Assembly: GCA_964234715.1 (NCBI GenBank)
Contig: OZ174286.1
DNA: 64,000 bases
Reading direction: 5' to 3' (one strand)
DNA from: Podarcis melisellensis
Taxonomy: Eukaryota
Made by a program: the position numbers and the translations under genes. A model generated the notes under the pieces. The model saw only the letters and a list, made by a program, of their open reading frames with translations. It was not told the DNA's origin and did no database searches. Of the stretch, positions 1 to 12,835 are shown piece by piece. Position 1 is the stretch's first letter. Every line of letters begins with the position of its first letter.

Positions 1-3000
1 GGTGGTGATTGTTTTACTGAAATGCAGGCACTGGCGGGGGGACGGGAGGTGCTACAAATCTGACTGAAGCAGCAGCAGGGAGGGAGGGAGAGGTGCTTAA
101 TTCTTACCCGCAAGCCATTTTTTTCCTGATCAAAACCAGCCCTGCTTACGCAGCCACAGGAGAAAGATACAGGGCAAAAGGGTTAAGCACTCCCTTTCCC
201 CCACATCGCTATTGCAATCAAATTCACAACTCCTTTCAGTTAATCAGTAAAACAAAAAGTCACGAGACTATAAACTACAAGTCTCACGTGCTACGGCTAC
301 TTTGGACCTCATGAGAAAGCTTTAGGGCCCCTCATAGCATGGCAAACATATCTGGTTCTGACATACCTTCTCCTGCTCCCATCTACTGCAGAAGTGCAGG
401 AGGAAAGGCCTTCTCAGTGGCCACCTCCAGACTATGAAACACTATGCTTCATGAGGTACAGCTGGACTCCTCTCTCCCTGTTTTCACCAGTCGCCGAAGA
501 CTTTTTCTTCCAGCAGGAAGATGTTTTTATCAAAGAATGTCAATTTGTGCCCCTGTCACTTGTGCTGATAGGGTTTTTTTTAAAAAAAAACCTGATGTCA
601 GATATATATAACATGCCTATGAAGTTGGGGTTTTTACTTGCTATACGTCATCTTTGGTAGCATTTAGAATGTTGGGAGATAAATCTCAAAACGGGTGTGA
701 GGAACATCAGGCCTGGGGGATAAACAGTGTTAGAAACTGAGATATGAAAGCGAGGAGCTAAATGGCACCATGATCCTAAGTTATGGGCACAACAACGGAA
801 TGTTAAGGTGCGCTTTTTATAACAAGAATACAAAGCTGGAAATGAATGAACTGAAACTAAAATATTATGATCATTTTTCACATAGTCTAGTCCTTCCCCT
901 GCCCACCCCCTAATAGTCTTAAGAGGGTCTCTTCTCCAGTCTTCAGAGTGTAGCTGGAAGTGGGGAGGCAGAAAAAGGCCCTCCTTTCCTTCCACTCTGC
1001 AGTTTTAATCTAAATCTTAGGCGCAGTACTGTGTGTGCCCAGAGCTCAGAAAACGCTCGCCCTCATGAAATTCCCTGTCGCAAAATGTGCCTAGAACAAT
1101 GGGAGTTTCGAACATGGGATAAATCCATGCTTCCATTTATCTCTATCTGGCCCTCAGAATGAAGTTGTTGTCTTTACATGTTATAAAACACCCTTGGAAA
1201 CAATTAGAAACATGGCATATAAATCTCTAAATTGGTGTGGGGAATATCAGGCCTGGGGGATAAACCCGGCCCTCCATGCCCCTCTATCGGGCCCTCAGGA
1301 CTCTTCCCAGGCCACCATCTCCTCAGCCACACACACACCCTAATATCACCCTCTTTGAGTGCTCTTGCCTGGCTAAAACATGTCCTTGAACCCTAATAAT
1401 AATGCCTCTTGGTTGTCCAGATGGAGGGTGGAGAGGGGGCTGTGGGGATATGTGCGGAAGCTGCCCTACTGTACAAAGGTCAAATGCATATTGATTGCTT
1501 CACCCATTTTTGGCTTTGGCTCCACCCACCACTAGCATGTGGACCCTGGGAGGTTAACTAGATGGGAATGTGGCCCTCGATCTGAAAAAAGGTTTTCAAC
1601 TCAGCTCCAAGTACGTATAATTAATAAAGAAAATAGATTCCAAAAATATAGCTTAATAATTAACAATTAATTGGCAGTTTTCAACTAAGTTTTAATCAGA
1701 GACCTACTGAAACCAATGGACATAACTTAGTTGTCTTCATTATTTCAGTGCGTCTACCCTGAGTAAAACTTAGGTGACTACCACCCCAAAATATGTACAA
1801 TGTACTTGCAGGGCAAAAACACAGCACCAATCTAATGGTCATTAACCTATAAAAGGAGGGCTCTTGCTCCTGTCAAAACACAACAAAACACTCTCCTGAG
1901 GGATCAGCAATGACCTGAATGAAGATTTTAACTACGAAAACAGACAGACAAATGGGATAATCCCCTTGCCCTATCCAACCTCCATGCTTTGATATAGCTA
2001 GCTAGATATATAGATAAGTATCATATATGTATTCAATACTGTAATCCCTGTATGGGATAGGGAATTATTCCACACTAATGCAAACAACTACCAAAGCATT
2101 CGCAATCTCAGCAATGGCTCGTTTTTTTCAGACACAGCTGGAAGTTGGTGGGAAAGCAGTGTAGGAGGAACCAGAGGAAGCAGCAAGACTGGAAATGGGC
2201 TCGTAATGCAAAGTCTCGCTAACTACCTCCTCTCGGCCCATCAGTCTTATTAATATAGTTCCATAAAATGGCTTTGTTTTACATGAGGAATGTGGCTGTG
2301 TATGTTTCTTTTTACACTGCAGTCCAGCTGAGAATTCACACCTTCCTTTAGCCAAAGCCAGCCTTCCACCTTTCACTGCTCTTGCTACGGGTCTTTCATT
2401 GGCTAATAAAACCCTGTGTAAATTAGGCTTGTGCCTACATTTCACCTTTGTTTGTTTCTTTTCATTAATTAGCCATTTCACACAATGCACTAAAAGGCAC
2501 AGTAACAAGCCTTCTGCTAACTAGTAACATCTCCTTTCTGGCTATGTTTTCTTCCCTCTGCTGTTTAAAGAGAGGCATGCCATCATCTTCTTCCAAGAGT
2601 TTTCTCTCGATTTTATTTTATTTATCTCTTAGTAAACAAACAAAGATTTCATCAGAAGATCCCAGAGCGTTGCGAATTAAAGTTTGAGCCATTTAAAATT
2701 AACCACAGGCATAAGAAAATAGAAAACAGAAGCAAAAAAGTTGAAAAGCCAAAGAGAATCCTTCAAATCCCCTGCAATCTACAATGCCCAAGTCAGTAGA
2801 AAGGTATCAAAAAGCTTGCAATGCAGCTGGCAAGCAAACCTCCTTAGAGAAGAGGGGTCAGGGGGACACCACAGAAAAGGCCCTCTCCTTTGCACAGTGT
2901 GCTTATACTAAAGAGGGTACTTGGAGCAGGGCCTTTTCAGATCTTAAGACATGCTGTGGGTATGGGAAGAGGTGCTCCTTCGTTCATTTTCTTTGTATGC

Positions 3001-3084
3001 TGCTTTTCCAAACACAAAAAATAATAATCATGCTCATATCAGTTTACAACAAACACTACAAAAACAATTTCATAATAACATAGT

Positions 3085-3413
3085 TAGTAAAAAGGTCGTG
3101 GCCGACTCTGGGGTTGCGGCACTCATCTCGCTTTACTGGCCGAGGGAGCCGGCGTACAGCTTCCGGGTCATGTGGCCAGCATGACTAAGCCGCTTCTGGC
3201 GAACCAGAGCAGCACACGGAAACGCCGTTTACCTTCCAGCCAGAGCGGTACCTATTTATTTACTTGCACTTTGACGAGCTTTCAAACTGCTAGGTTGGCA
3301 GGAGCAGGGACTGAGCAACGGGAGCTCACCCCGCCGCAGGGATTCGAACCACCGACCTTCTAATCGGCAAGCCCTAGGCTCTGTGGTTTAAGCCACAGCG
3401 CCACCCGTGTCCC
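3085..3413 (-). mobile_element. Sauria SINE
   Basis: tRNA-like head GGGACACGGGTGGCGCTGTGG... with B box GGTTCGAATCC on the minus strand; TSD AATAACATAGT at 3074-3084 and 3414-3424. Confidence 0.9.
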
Positions 3414-3500
3414 AATAACATAGTAACCATTTCGTATTAACACAGCAAAACAAAAACATAATAGCGTGCAAAAAAAACCCACCCATATTTCAATACTATA

Positions 3501-3733
3501 CAGTGGTACCTCGGGTTACATACGCTTCAGGTTACATACGCTTCAGGTTACAGACTCTGCTAACCGAGAAATAGTGCTTCAGGTTAAGAACTTTGCTTCA
3601 GGATGAGAACAGATATCGTGCTCCGGCATCGCGGCAGGCCCCATTAGCTAAAGTGGTGCTTCAGGTTAAGAACAGTTTCAGGTTAAGAACAGACCTCTGG
3701 AATGAATTAAGTACTTAACCCGAAGTACCACTG
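3501..3733 (+). mobile_element. Tc1/mariner-type MITE (CAGTGGTACCTC family)
   Basis: TIRs CAGTGGTACCTCGGGTTA / TAACCCGAAGTACCACTG flanked by TA. Confidence 0.9.
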
Positions 3734-6700
3734 TACATTTAACAAGATTGCAGCATCCAATAGCAAAAATAACAAGGGAGCTTCACAGTTTCATCTTAGT
3801 CCTAGGTTTTCTGAAAACTGCAAGAGGGGAGAGTGCGCTTGACGGGATCCCTGCTTGCATATATTCCCAGGAGCACCTGGTTGGCTGCTTCAAAAGCAGG
3901 ATGCTAGACTAGATGGGCCATTGGCCTGATCCAGAAGGCTCATCTTACGTTCTCATGGTCTTACTTTGGTTTCCCCCAATAAAATTCCATATCCTCCACA
4001 ATTCAAGCCCCAAACAGATTCGGACCCATAAAGTTCCAATCCAGAAGCCATATCAGAAACACGAAACTGCCATTCATGAAAATATTCATGAAAAAAATAT
4101 TCATGAAAAGCCATTCATGAAAATATATGGTTTCGATTCTGGCAGCTGACAAGACAAGTGGTGGACTGGCGGCCCGCTTGCCCCAAAAGTAGCTGCTGTT
4201 GATAATATATTTAGCATACTGATTTGTGCTTTGCACTTAACCAAGATGTTAAAGAGACTCTTTATAAAATATTCCGCCAGTGTGATACAGATGGAAAACA
4301 ACCTAAGGCTACTAGGAAGGAGGTTGAAATGTATCTCATATAAAACACATCATTATGCATTAAAGAAACTTTCCTTCATCCAAAAAGAACGGCCAAGCAG
4401 CTGGAGCTGTACTCCAGGAACCACATAAAGTTTTAATTAAATTCATTAAAAATTCTTTGTCTCTCGGCGAGTTGCGGGGGTAGGGCAGATAGAACGACTT
4501 AACAATGGCCGAGGTACAATCCAGTTTGTCAAAACTAATAACAGCACAAACGCCTTTGGTTACATGGAGATGCCGGAGGGAGGGGGGAGAGCAGGAATTA
4601 CTGTGAGTATCATGTTTACTGCGCTGTAATACTTATATAAAAATTATTGCAAGATGTGGCCGGTCCCTGGGAAGAGACTGCTATTCAGCAGACTGATAAA
4701 AGCAGTTGCTAATGAAGAAGGCACAGTTTTTCAGCTGACATAACTGATCTGGGATGCAGAGAACAACACTGTTTCTCTTAAAGGGAAGGACACGGAAATA
4801 GATTGCAATTGTGATTAATTTGTGTTCTATGGCAAAGATGCATCATGACCGAACCTTTTACATTAGGCAGCTTTCTGCAAGGATGGCAGCTTATAACCAG
4901 CGCTCTCTTGTTTTTCTGGGGGTACTCAAGGGTACTCAGTACCGGCACCTTTTTCAAAAAATAAAGGTAAAAATTAAGCACTGCTTATACCTGTCAACTG
5001 GAATTGGGGCACCCATCTATTTTTAGGTTTTCTGGTGACAGGTGGGGAACCGGTAGTCCTCCAGACATCAATGGACTCCAACACCCTTCAGCCCCACATA
5101 GGAAGGCCAATGGCCAAGGGTGATGGGAGTCGTAGTCTATCAACACCTGGAGGTCCACAGGTTAGCTACTCCTGGTTTAGAGCAATCAAGAACCATGTAG
5201 GTAAAAACAGCCAGCAGTGCTGCCAAGGCCAAAAATTTGGACCATGTAAAAAAGAGCCATAAAACTCTGAAATGCACAAGTCTAGAATACGCATGAGAAC
5301 AGGCATTTTCAATGGTGGCTCCCTGTTTGTGGAATGTTTTCCAATAGGAAAAGCATGGCTGACGCCATCGCTGTCTGTCTTTAGGTGCCAGGCAAAAGCT
5401 GTTTTTAAAATTACCCATGCTTATAGATTTTAATCAGCAGGTTAGTTAGACATGTTTGTGGCTTTCGTTCGGGCTCATTTATGTAGGGTGGGTAGGCCTT
5501 GTTTCTTTTAAATATATCATCGGATGAGCATTTTACTTTTTTGTGTACTGCTGTTTTTAGGCATTTGTTATTCTGTTTTATTGTGTGCAAAAATTTAACT
5601 AATATTTTTTAATAATAATAAATATTATAAAAGTAAGTGTAACTGTGTGATTTCATGAAAAAGAAACATTACCAAAACATAGTTATTGTGTGTATATGTT
5701 GGTGCACACATACACAACCTGTTCTCATGTGTGCTGATTCAGAAGTAAAGCAGAAGAAAATTCCCACTGAGTTCAAGATGACTTTATTGCCAAGTGAACA
5801 CATAAACAATTATAGATTTAAACACGTGGGTGATTTCGCTAGAAAGCTTTAACCACCTAAGAATGAGAGGAGAGAATCTTTGCACAGTGACTTTCATCTG
5901 TCCAAAACAATTGTGTAAATGACATGTACAAAGTAATAGGGTTCAAATGGAATAGCCAGATTAAAGATTTATTAAACAGGACCTTTTTTTTAGACTATCG
6001 CATTTAATATCTGATTTTCTTATTTTAAAATATTTTGTGTTTTTTCCATCTTATGCTGATATTAATTACATTAGAGTAATGTCATATTGCAGTTATAAAA
6101 TACAATTGGAAGGATGCTATTTATTTTCAGGTCCTTGTGGGGGGGAATGAATTAGTAAACACTTTAGTGGTGGGGACAGAAAGCTGGCATTTCCTCAATA
6201 TGATCAAGAATATGGCATATATAGGAGGGAGCCTCTACTATCATTTTGGGCAGGTGTCCTATTCGGTTAATGAGCCAATTTGAGGAAACTATTAAGCCTC
6301 TGTGAAAAACTAGGGCTATTTCCCTAAGCCATTTTTGAGCTATAGAACTCATGCTACTGAGCTGTAGGACATAAGCCTTTTCAGCTGGCTCAGTTGCACA
6401 TATTCATTTGCCCTAATGATAACATTAAGTACATAAAGCGAGCTACAATGAGGCCCCAGAGACACATGTTCTCTTACTCCTCATTCTAGCCCAGTTCACA
6501 TCCTTAAAAATTCCAAGAAGCCCATGTAAAATGGGAGTTTAAGTGAAGAGCAGGAAGGCTGTTGTTGAGATTCAGAATTACAAAGCGATCCAGAATATGA
6601 ACTTGTCCATCTCATACTGCATCTTCTTCATACTAGGTAGCTTGTAGAGTTTGGTCTGTACCATGGACATCTGCTAGAAAACACATACCCCAAGTCCTTG

Positions 6701-6827
6701 TGCTGGGGATGCAGGTGGGGACGCACAACCACCAGATACATCGGAAGGAAGTATAGTACAGATTGAGGGACTTCTTGAGGATTGCAATGGTGTGGTCAGA
6801 GGCATTTGGACATCATCATAGTCCCTA

Positions 6828-7054
6828 CTCTTGAGAGTCCCATGGACTGCAAGAAGATCAAACCTATCCATTCTTAGGGAAATCAGCCCTGAGTGCTCAC
6901 TGGAAGGACAGAATGAATGAATGAATGAATAAATTTATTACGGTCATAGACCAGAAAAAACATAAAAAGCAACAATAGTTTACAAAGGGAATAATGGTGT
7001 CAATTAAAAATTGTAAAATTATACATAAAAGCAATACACATATGCACACACACC

Positions 7055-7095
<41 letters not shown>

Positions 7096-7580
7096 GCACT
7101 ACAGTATATGTATAGACTTAAAAAAGTGGGGGGGCTTGTCCAGGGGTCAAGTCTTTTACTTTTTTACAGCTAATGCCCTCCGCTTGATCGCAGCCGCAGA
7201 AAATTTGGCCACTTTCAGTGTTACTTCTGGGTTTTTATCTCCTAGTAGGATTTTCAGCCGCTGAGATTCAGATCGACCTGGAAATTTCTGAACGATAGGG
7301 GAGATAGGAAGGACAGATCCTGAAGCTGAGGCTCCAGTACTTTGGCCACCTCATGAAAAGAGAAGACTCCCTGGAAAAGACCCTGATGTTGGGAAAGATT
7401 TAGGGCACAAGGAGAAGGGGACGACATAGGACGAGATGGTTGGACAGTGTTCTCGAAGATACAAACATGAGTTTGACCAAACTGCGGGAGGCAGTGGAAG
7501 ACAGGAGTGCCTGGCGTGCTGTGGTCCATGGGGTCACGAAGAGTCAGACACGACTAAACGACTAAACAACAAACAACAAA
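6828..7580 (+). mobile_element. BovB (RTE clade) LINE 3' fragment, interrupted at 6913-7306
   Basis: Typical BovB 3' sequence (CTCTTGAGAGTCCCATGGACTGCAAG...GGAAAAGACCCTGATGTTGGGAAAGAT...CCATGGGGTCACGAAGAGTC), (CAA)-type tail, TSD ATAGTCCCTA at 6818-6827 and 7581-7590. Confidence 0.9.
6913..7306 (-). mobile_element. Non-LTR retrotransposon 3' end nested in BovB (clade uncertain, possibly RTE-X/Vingi-like)
   Basis: TSD GGAAGGACAGA at 6902-6912 and 7307-7317; open frame 7305-7156 ending in TAA; 3'UTR with (TG)n, AATAAA and a (TTCA)n tail. Confidence 0.75.
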
Positions 7581-9442
7581 ATAGTCCCTATCATTAAAAA
7601 GCAGTATGTGAAGTGACACTGCGGGAGTGGGGGCAAGGGAAACTTCGTCCGTGTCTGGTGGAAATGTAAAGCAAAGGATTTCTGGTGTTAACTGTGGTTA
7701 CAGAGCTAGAATATATTTTATTCTATGAGTATGAGAACCTATTGGATTCTTTGGTGTGTGCTTTCCTATTGAGCTATATTTTTCTATTGAGCTATATTTT
7801 TATCTTGTAATCTGCTCTGAGATCTTCAGAGATCTTCAAATGAAGGGTGGTATATACATTAGATAGAAAGAAAATAAACTATCCCATAAGACCAAGGCAT
7901 CAAACCCAAGGTTGTTGTTTTTTATATTATGACACTCAGTAGGATAATATATGTGAGAGACTGGAAAAACATGAAAAAGTGAAATAAAATGGATCTTGTA
8001 AGGAAATGATGGGAACAACCTAACAGGCCAGGAAGCTCCTGACTCCTTGTCCTAATCTTGGGCTGTTTAGGATGGAAGCACGACTTCTGGTTTAGCTAGT
8101 CTCACCTTTCCTGTCACCTTGAAACACACATGTTATCACTACCTTTAGGGAACTACATTGGCTGCCAATTAGCTACCAGCCACATTTAAACTCTTGTTAC
8201 TTACATCAGAAGCCCGGAATAACCCTGCACCAGGTTTTTCTTGCCCATATACAGATGTGTAAGACCGCTTAGATCATCTGGGGAGATTATACTTGTGGCA
8301 CTGCACAATATCAGTGGCATCCGACAGAATATCACAGAGCAGTTCCCCCAAACAGGCATTTTACACCATTATCCCTGTACTCTGGAATGTTCTTCCTTCT
8401 ACAATATGTGAAGCATCACCCGCCAGTTTCCTGATATCTTCTGAATATGGTGGGGGGGGAGGTGTTTCCAGGCTTTCCTTGACCTGTAAGACTTGGACCC
8501 TGTTATTACTGCCCATATAATATTGTTTTGGTTTCATCTCTGCTCTTACTATACTGCTTTATTGTTTTTGCATTGCATTTTTGCATACCACTAAGAGATC
8601 TTTAAATATTAAGTTGTCTAGGAATAATTGTAAATATTTTTTTTTAAATGAAAAAAAAAAGGATTTACATTTTCAAGAACTCGGAAGAAATCTTCCTGCA
8701 GCTATTGCATGCACGCGGCACGTCAGAGAAGCACCTACCATGTTCTCATTCACATCGTGTTAAAGGAATAGTTTGACATGTGAGCTGCTGATGGCTCAGA
8801 CATGCTGGGCGCTTTCTCGGCAAAGAAAGAAAAATGCTTTCCCTTCCCCAGCTGGGGTTCTATTTGCATACAGGTGTCATGAGGCTCTCTCCCCGAATAA
8901 CGCAGCACAATGCTGGTTTCAGATGTCAGGATGCGAGGATGAGGGCAAAGGCACAGCAGAAATGGCTTGCAGCTAGTTATGAGACCCGGAGGTCAAGGCC
9001 ATTAACTCGCGTTTGGGGCCAATTGTCACCAGGTGTCCCAGAAGCTCATTTGGTTTAATGCTTTGAACTGGGATGCCAGACTTAACGATCGGATTGATAA
9101 CCACCCTGTGGGGAGGCCGAATCTACTCCCTAGGACATAATAACAGAGCTCTCTGGTGTGTGTGGAAGGGGGGGGGAGAAGGGTTCGCCATACCGCCCCC
9201 CGCCCCCGTCCTTAAGCAGAAAGCAAAGCAAAAGACTCATCATCAGCAAGGAGTAGAAGAAAAATAGAATCCTAGAATTGTACAGCTGGAAAGGGCCTCC
9301 GATGGTCATCTAGTCCAACCCCCAGCAATGGAGGAATCTCAATTAAAGCTCTTGGAGGGTCCATGCCAGGCTGTGGCCCCCTGCAGGAAGATTAAATCAA
9401 ACCTCCAGCCACACAGAATAATCTCAAGAGTGCCGTCAAGCC

Positions 9443-9830
9443 TGTAAGCATGGACCAATGGTACCAAATAGTATGGGAAACAGCCTTACTAGAAAAATTA
9501 ACCAATACAGTGGTACCTCGGGTTACATACGCTTCAGGTTACATACGCTTCAGGTTACAGACTCCGCTAACCCAGAAATAGTGCTTCAGGTTAAGAACTT
9601 TGCTTCAGGATGAGAACAGAAATCGTGCTCAGGCAGCGCGGCGGCAGCAGGAGGCCCCATTAGCTAAAGTGGTGCTTCAGGTTAAGAACAGTTTCAGGTT
9701 AAGTACAGACCTCCAGAACGAATTAAGTACTTAACCCGAGTTACCACTGTAAACTGAAAGTGACATGGGGACAAATAAAAGAAGACAGCTTCACCCTGGT
9801 ATAGCTCCCCTTTATCACATACACAGTGCA
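9443..9830 (+). mobile_element. L1-like ORF2 C-terminal remnant interrupted by a MITE
   Basis: Removing 9508-9749 and one TA restores VSMDQWYQIVWETALLEKLTNKLKVTWGQIKEDSFTLV, which resembles a LINE ORF2 terminus. Boundaries approximate. Confidence 0.55.
9508..9749 (+). mobile_element. Tc1/mariner-type MITE (same family)
   Basis: Same TIRs, TA duplication, near-identical to 3501-3733. Confidence 0.9.
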
Positions 9831-11428
9831 ACAAGACAATGACAAAAATCCACCAACAGCATACAAATCAATATGGCTAACCTGGTCCAAAACACCCACC
9901 CACCCCACTCACACATGAAACAAAGACCACCACAGCCAACCACAAATGAACAACCGCACCCTAGATCAACCCCAACCTCTCTCACCACCAAAGGAACACA
10001 AGTGAACAAGCAACGCTGACACCAGACCCTACACATATTAAGTAAAATAGAAACACCATGGATTTGGATGAGGGAAACCTGAATTCAAATCTCTGCCTGT
10101 AGGCAAAGCTCACTAGATCACTCCCTCTGAGGATGGATGTGAGTTGATTTAGGGAATGGCTGCAGCTCAGTGACAGAGTATCTGCTTTACATTGCATCCA
10201 GGTTCAATCCCCAAGATGTCCTGGTACAGCTGTGAGAAACCCCTGTCTGAAACACGACAGAAAGGCTGCCAGTCAGTGTAGACATTACTAAGTCAAATGG
10301 GTGAGTGGTCCGACTCAGTGCAAGTTGTCTATGTTTGTTTCACTGCAAAAGTTACTAAGAAATCTTATAATAAACAAATAATAGAGGAAGGCTGTGATAC
10401 ATTTTTAAAATTTGTTTAAAAAAAAGTATATCCTGCCTAATTTCGAAAGAAACTGTTACACCCAAACATTACACAATATTAAAATACCTCGCAATCGCCA
10501 TTCCTGGCTCCAGTCATAAGATCAGAACATTAAGGTGCAAAGCCTAAGCCACCATCATTTCCAAAACCGCCATTAAAATGGAAACATAAGAAATTAACAT
10601 GGTGGGGGGATTAGATCAGACAGACGCCTTTCTAAGAAAGCCCTGGTGACGGAAGCCTGGCACAGGGTGGGAAGGTCTGACAAGACAGATAAATAATTGT
10701 TATGTAGATCAAGGCAACATAAGAAGAGAGCAGCTGGATCGCCCTAAGGATCCATATTGACCAGCATCCTTTCTGCTCCCAAAGTGGTCTTCAGAAGCAC
10801 AATGCCTTTGGATGTGCATTAAAGCTGTGCTGCAGGGCTGGGGAACCTGTGGGCTCCCACATGTTGTTGGACTCCCACCATGCCTGACCACTGGGCAAAG
10901 CTGCCTGGGGCTGATGGGAGCTGGAGTTCAACAACAACTGGAGGGCCACAACTTTCCCTTCCTCTGCTATACCGCCAAATTATCATGGATAGAGCTGTCC
11001 ACCTCTATGAAGTTGTCCCATTCCCTTTCAAGAATAGCATAATAAATCTCGTTCTATCAGAGAGAATGCATGCGTTGTAACAACAAAAGCTTATGTCTTA
11101 ATAAATGTATTTGTCTTTTAAAATACTACAAGATTCTTTTTAGAGCTCTCTCTCTCTCTCTCCTTCTGGAACAGATCTAACAGAGCTGCCCTTCAAGAAA
11201 TCGTTACCAGGCAAGAGGAAAACACGGCCCACTCCTCACCCATGTGAGCCACAGGTGAAGTGAATGGCTATATTCTTCTCGTGCATCGGCTCCTTTTGCC
11301 ATTAAAATTGCTCCCCGCCCTTAAATAACTGGGACAATGCCGTGCTTCCATATTCAGAACTGATCCCGTCTTCATGCCTAGTCAGTTTCCTCTGATCGCC
11401 TCCTTCGCCACAATGTCAGTTTTTACAT

Positions 11429-11447
11429 ACACCACTAGAGGGTACTC
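11429..11447 (+). promoter_or_regulatory. CTCF motif (intronic)
   Basis: ACACCACTAGAGGGTACTC, with GTCAGT at upstream-motif spacing. Confidence 0.4.
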
Positions 11448-11583
11448 TTTGTAAGTTTCTGGAGTAAAGAATAAAACAAACTCCTCCAAAAAAAAATCCA
11501 TGTTTCGAAAGAGAAGCATATGCTTGTGCCATTTCTGAAGGCAAATTCTGCCGTTTCACACCCAGTCTTGCACTTAGGTTTTA

Positions 11584-12599
11584 TTTATTATTTTTATTTA
11601 AATATTTTTTATTAGTTTTCAACACAAATATACAATTTTATCGAAATTTTAACAAATTATCTTTTTTTGGACTTCCTTCAGCTTCTCTGATAATCATCCA
11701 TATTTACCTCTTTGTTACACATTCCCTTTATTTGTATTACCATTTATCTTCCCTCCCCCTTCTATTTCTTTTTAACAATACATCTTAACTTTCACAGTGC
11801 TTCTTGAAACCCCACTAGTGTTGTTTGCATATCACAAATACGGTACTTTTCAGATATTCTACAAACTTTCCCCAGTCTTCGATGAACTTTTGGTCTTGCA
11901 AATAGCTTATCTTCCCGGTTCGTTTATCCAGTTCCGCATAGTCTGTCAGTTTCATTCTCCATTCTTCTATCGTTGGTATTTCCTCTTGTTTCCATTTCTG
12001 GGCCAACAAAATTCTTGCTGCTGTAACTGCATATTGAAAAAGTTTACAATCCTTTCTTCTTATTTCCTTTCCTGTAATCCCTAAAAGAAAAGCTTCTGGT
12101 TTCTTTACAAAAGTATACCTTAACATCTTTTTCAATTCATTATATATCATCTCCCAGAAACTTTTCACTTTCTTACAATCCCACCACATATGATAAAACA
12201 TTCCTTCTTTTTCTTTACATTTCCAACACTTATTACATGTCTTAAACATTTTTGCTAATTTTACCAGTGTGATATACCATCTATAAAACATTTTCATAAC
12301 ATTTTCCTTCAATGCTGTACATGCAGTAAATTTTAAATTTTCCTTCCATAATTTTTCCCAATCATCAAATTGGATATTGTAACCAAAGTCTTTGGCCCAT
12401 TGTATCATCACAGATTTAACCTCTTCATCTTTCGTATACCATTCTAACAATATCTTATACATTTTTGACAGAATTTTACAATCATTATTTATTATATCTG
12501 TTTGAAACTTTGAGACTTTTTCTACATAGCCACTTTCTTTTATATCTTTTTTAAACATTTCATTAACCTGAAAATAGTGCAACTAGTTGTATACATATT
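11584..12599 (-). mobile_element. L1-clade LINE, 5'-truncated (ORF2 C-terminus, 3'UTR and A-rich tail)
   Basis: ORF 11815-12582 has the CCHC zinc knuckle CWKCKEKEGMFYHMWWDC and ARILLAQKWK; imperfect TSD TTGCACTTRGGKTTTA at 11568-11583 and 12600-12615. Confidence 0.9.
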
Positions 12600-12620
12600 T
12601 TGCACTTGGGGTTTAGATTA

Positions 12621-12835
12621 CAGTGGTACCTCGGGTTAAGAACTTAACTCATTCTGGAGGTCCGTTCTTAACCTGGAACTGTTCTTAATCTGAGGCACCA
12701 CTTTAGCTAATGGGGCCTCCCGCTGCTGCCGCGCGATTTCTGTTCTCATCCTGAAGCAAAGTTCTTAACCTGAGGCACTATTTCTGGGTTAGTGGAGTCT
12801 GTAACCTGAAGCATCTGTAACCCGAGGTACCACTG
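12621..12835 (-). mobile_element. Tc1/mariner-type MITE (same family, inverted)
   Basis: Same TIRs and TA flanks; internal sequence is the reverse complement of the other copies. Confidence 0.9.

Noticed and set aside
3330-3413. tRNA-like A/B boxes here and in other SINE heads
   Set aside because: These are SINE heads, not tRNA genes; no complete cloverleaf.
11815-12582. Longest ORF (255 aa) as a host gene
   Set aside because: Truncated L1 ORF2 with TSD and tail; no promoter or RT domain.
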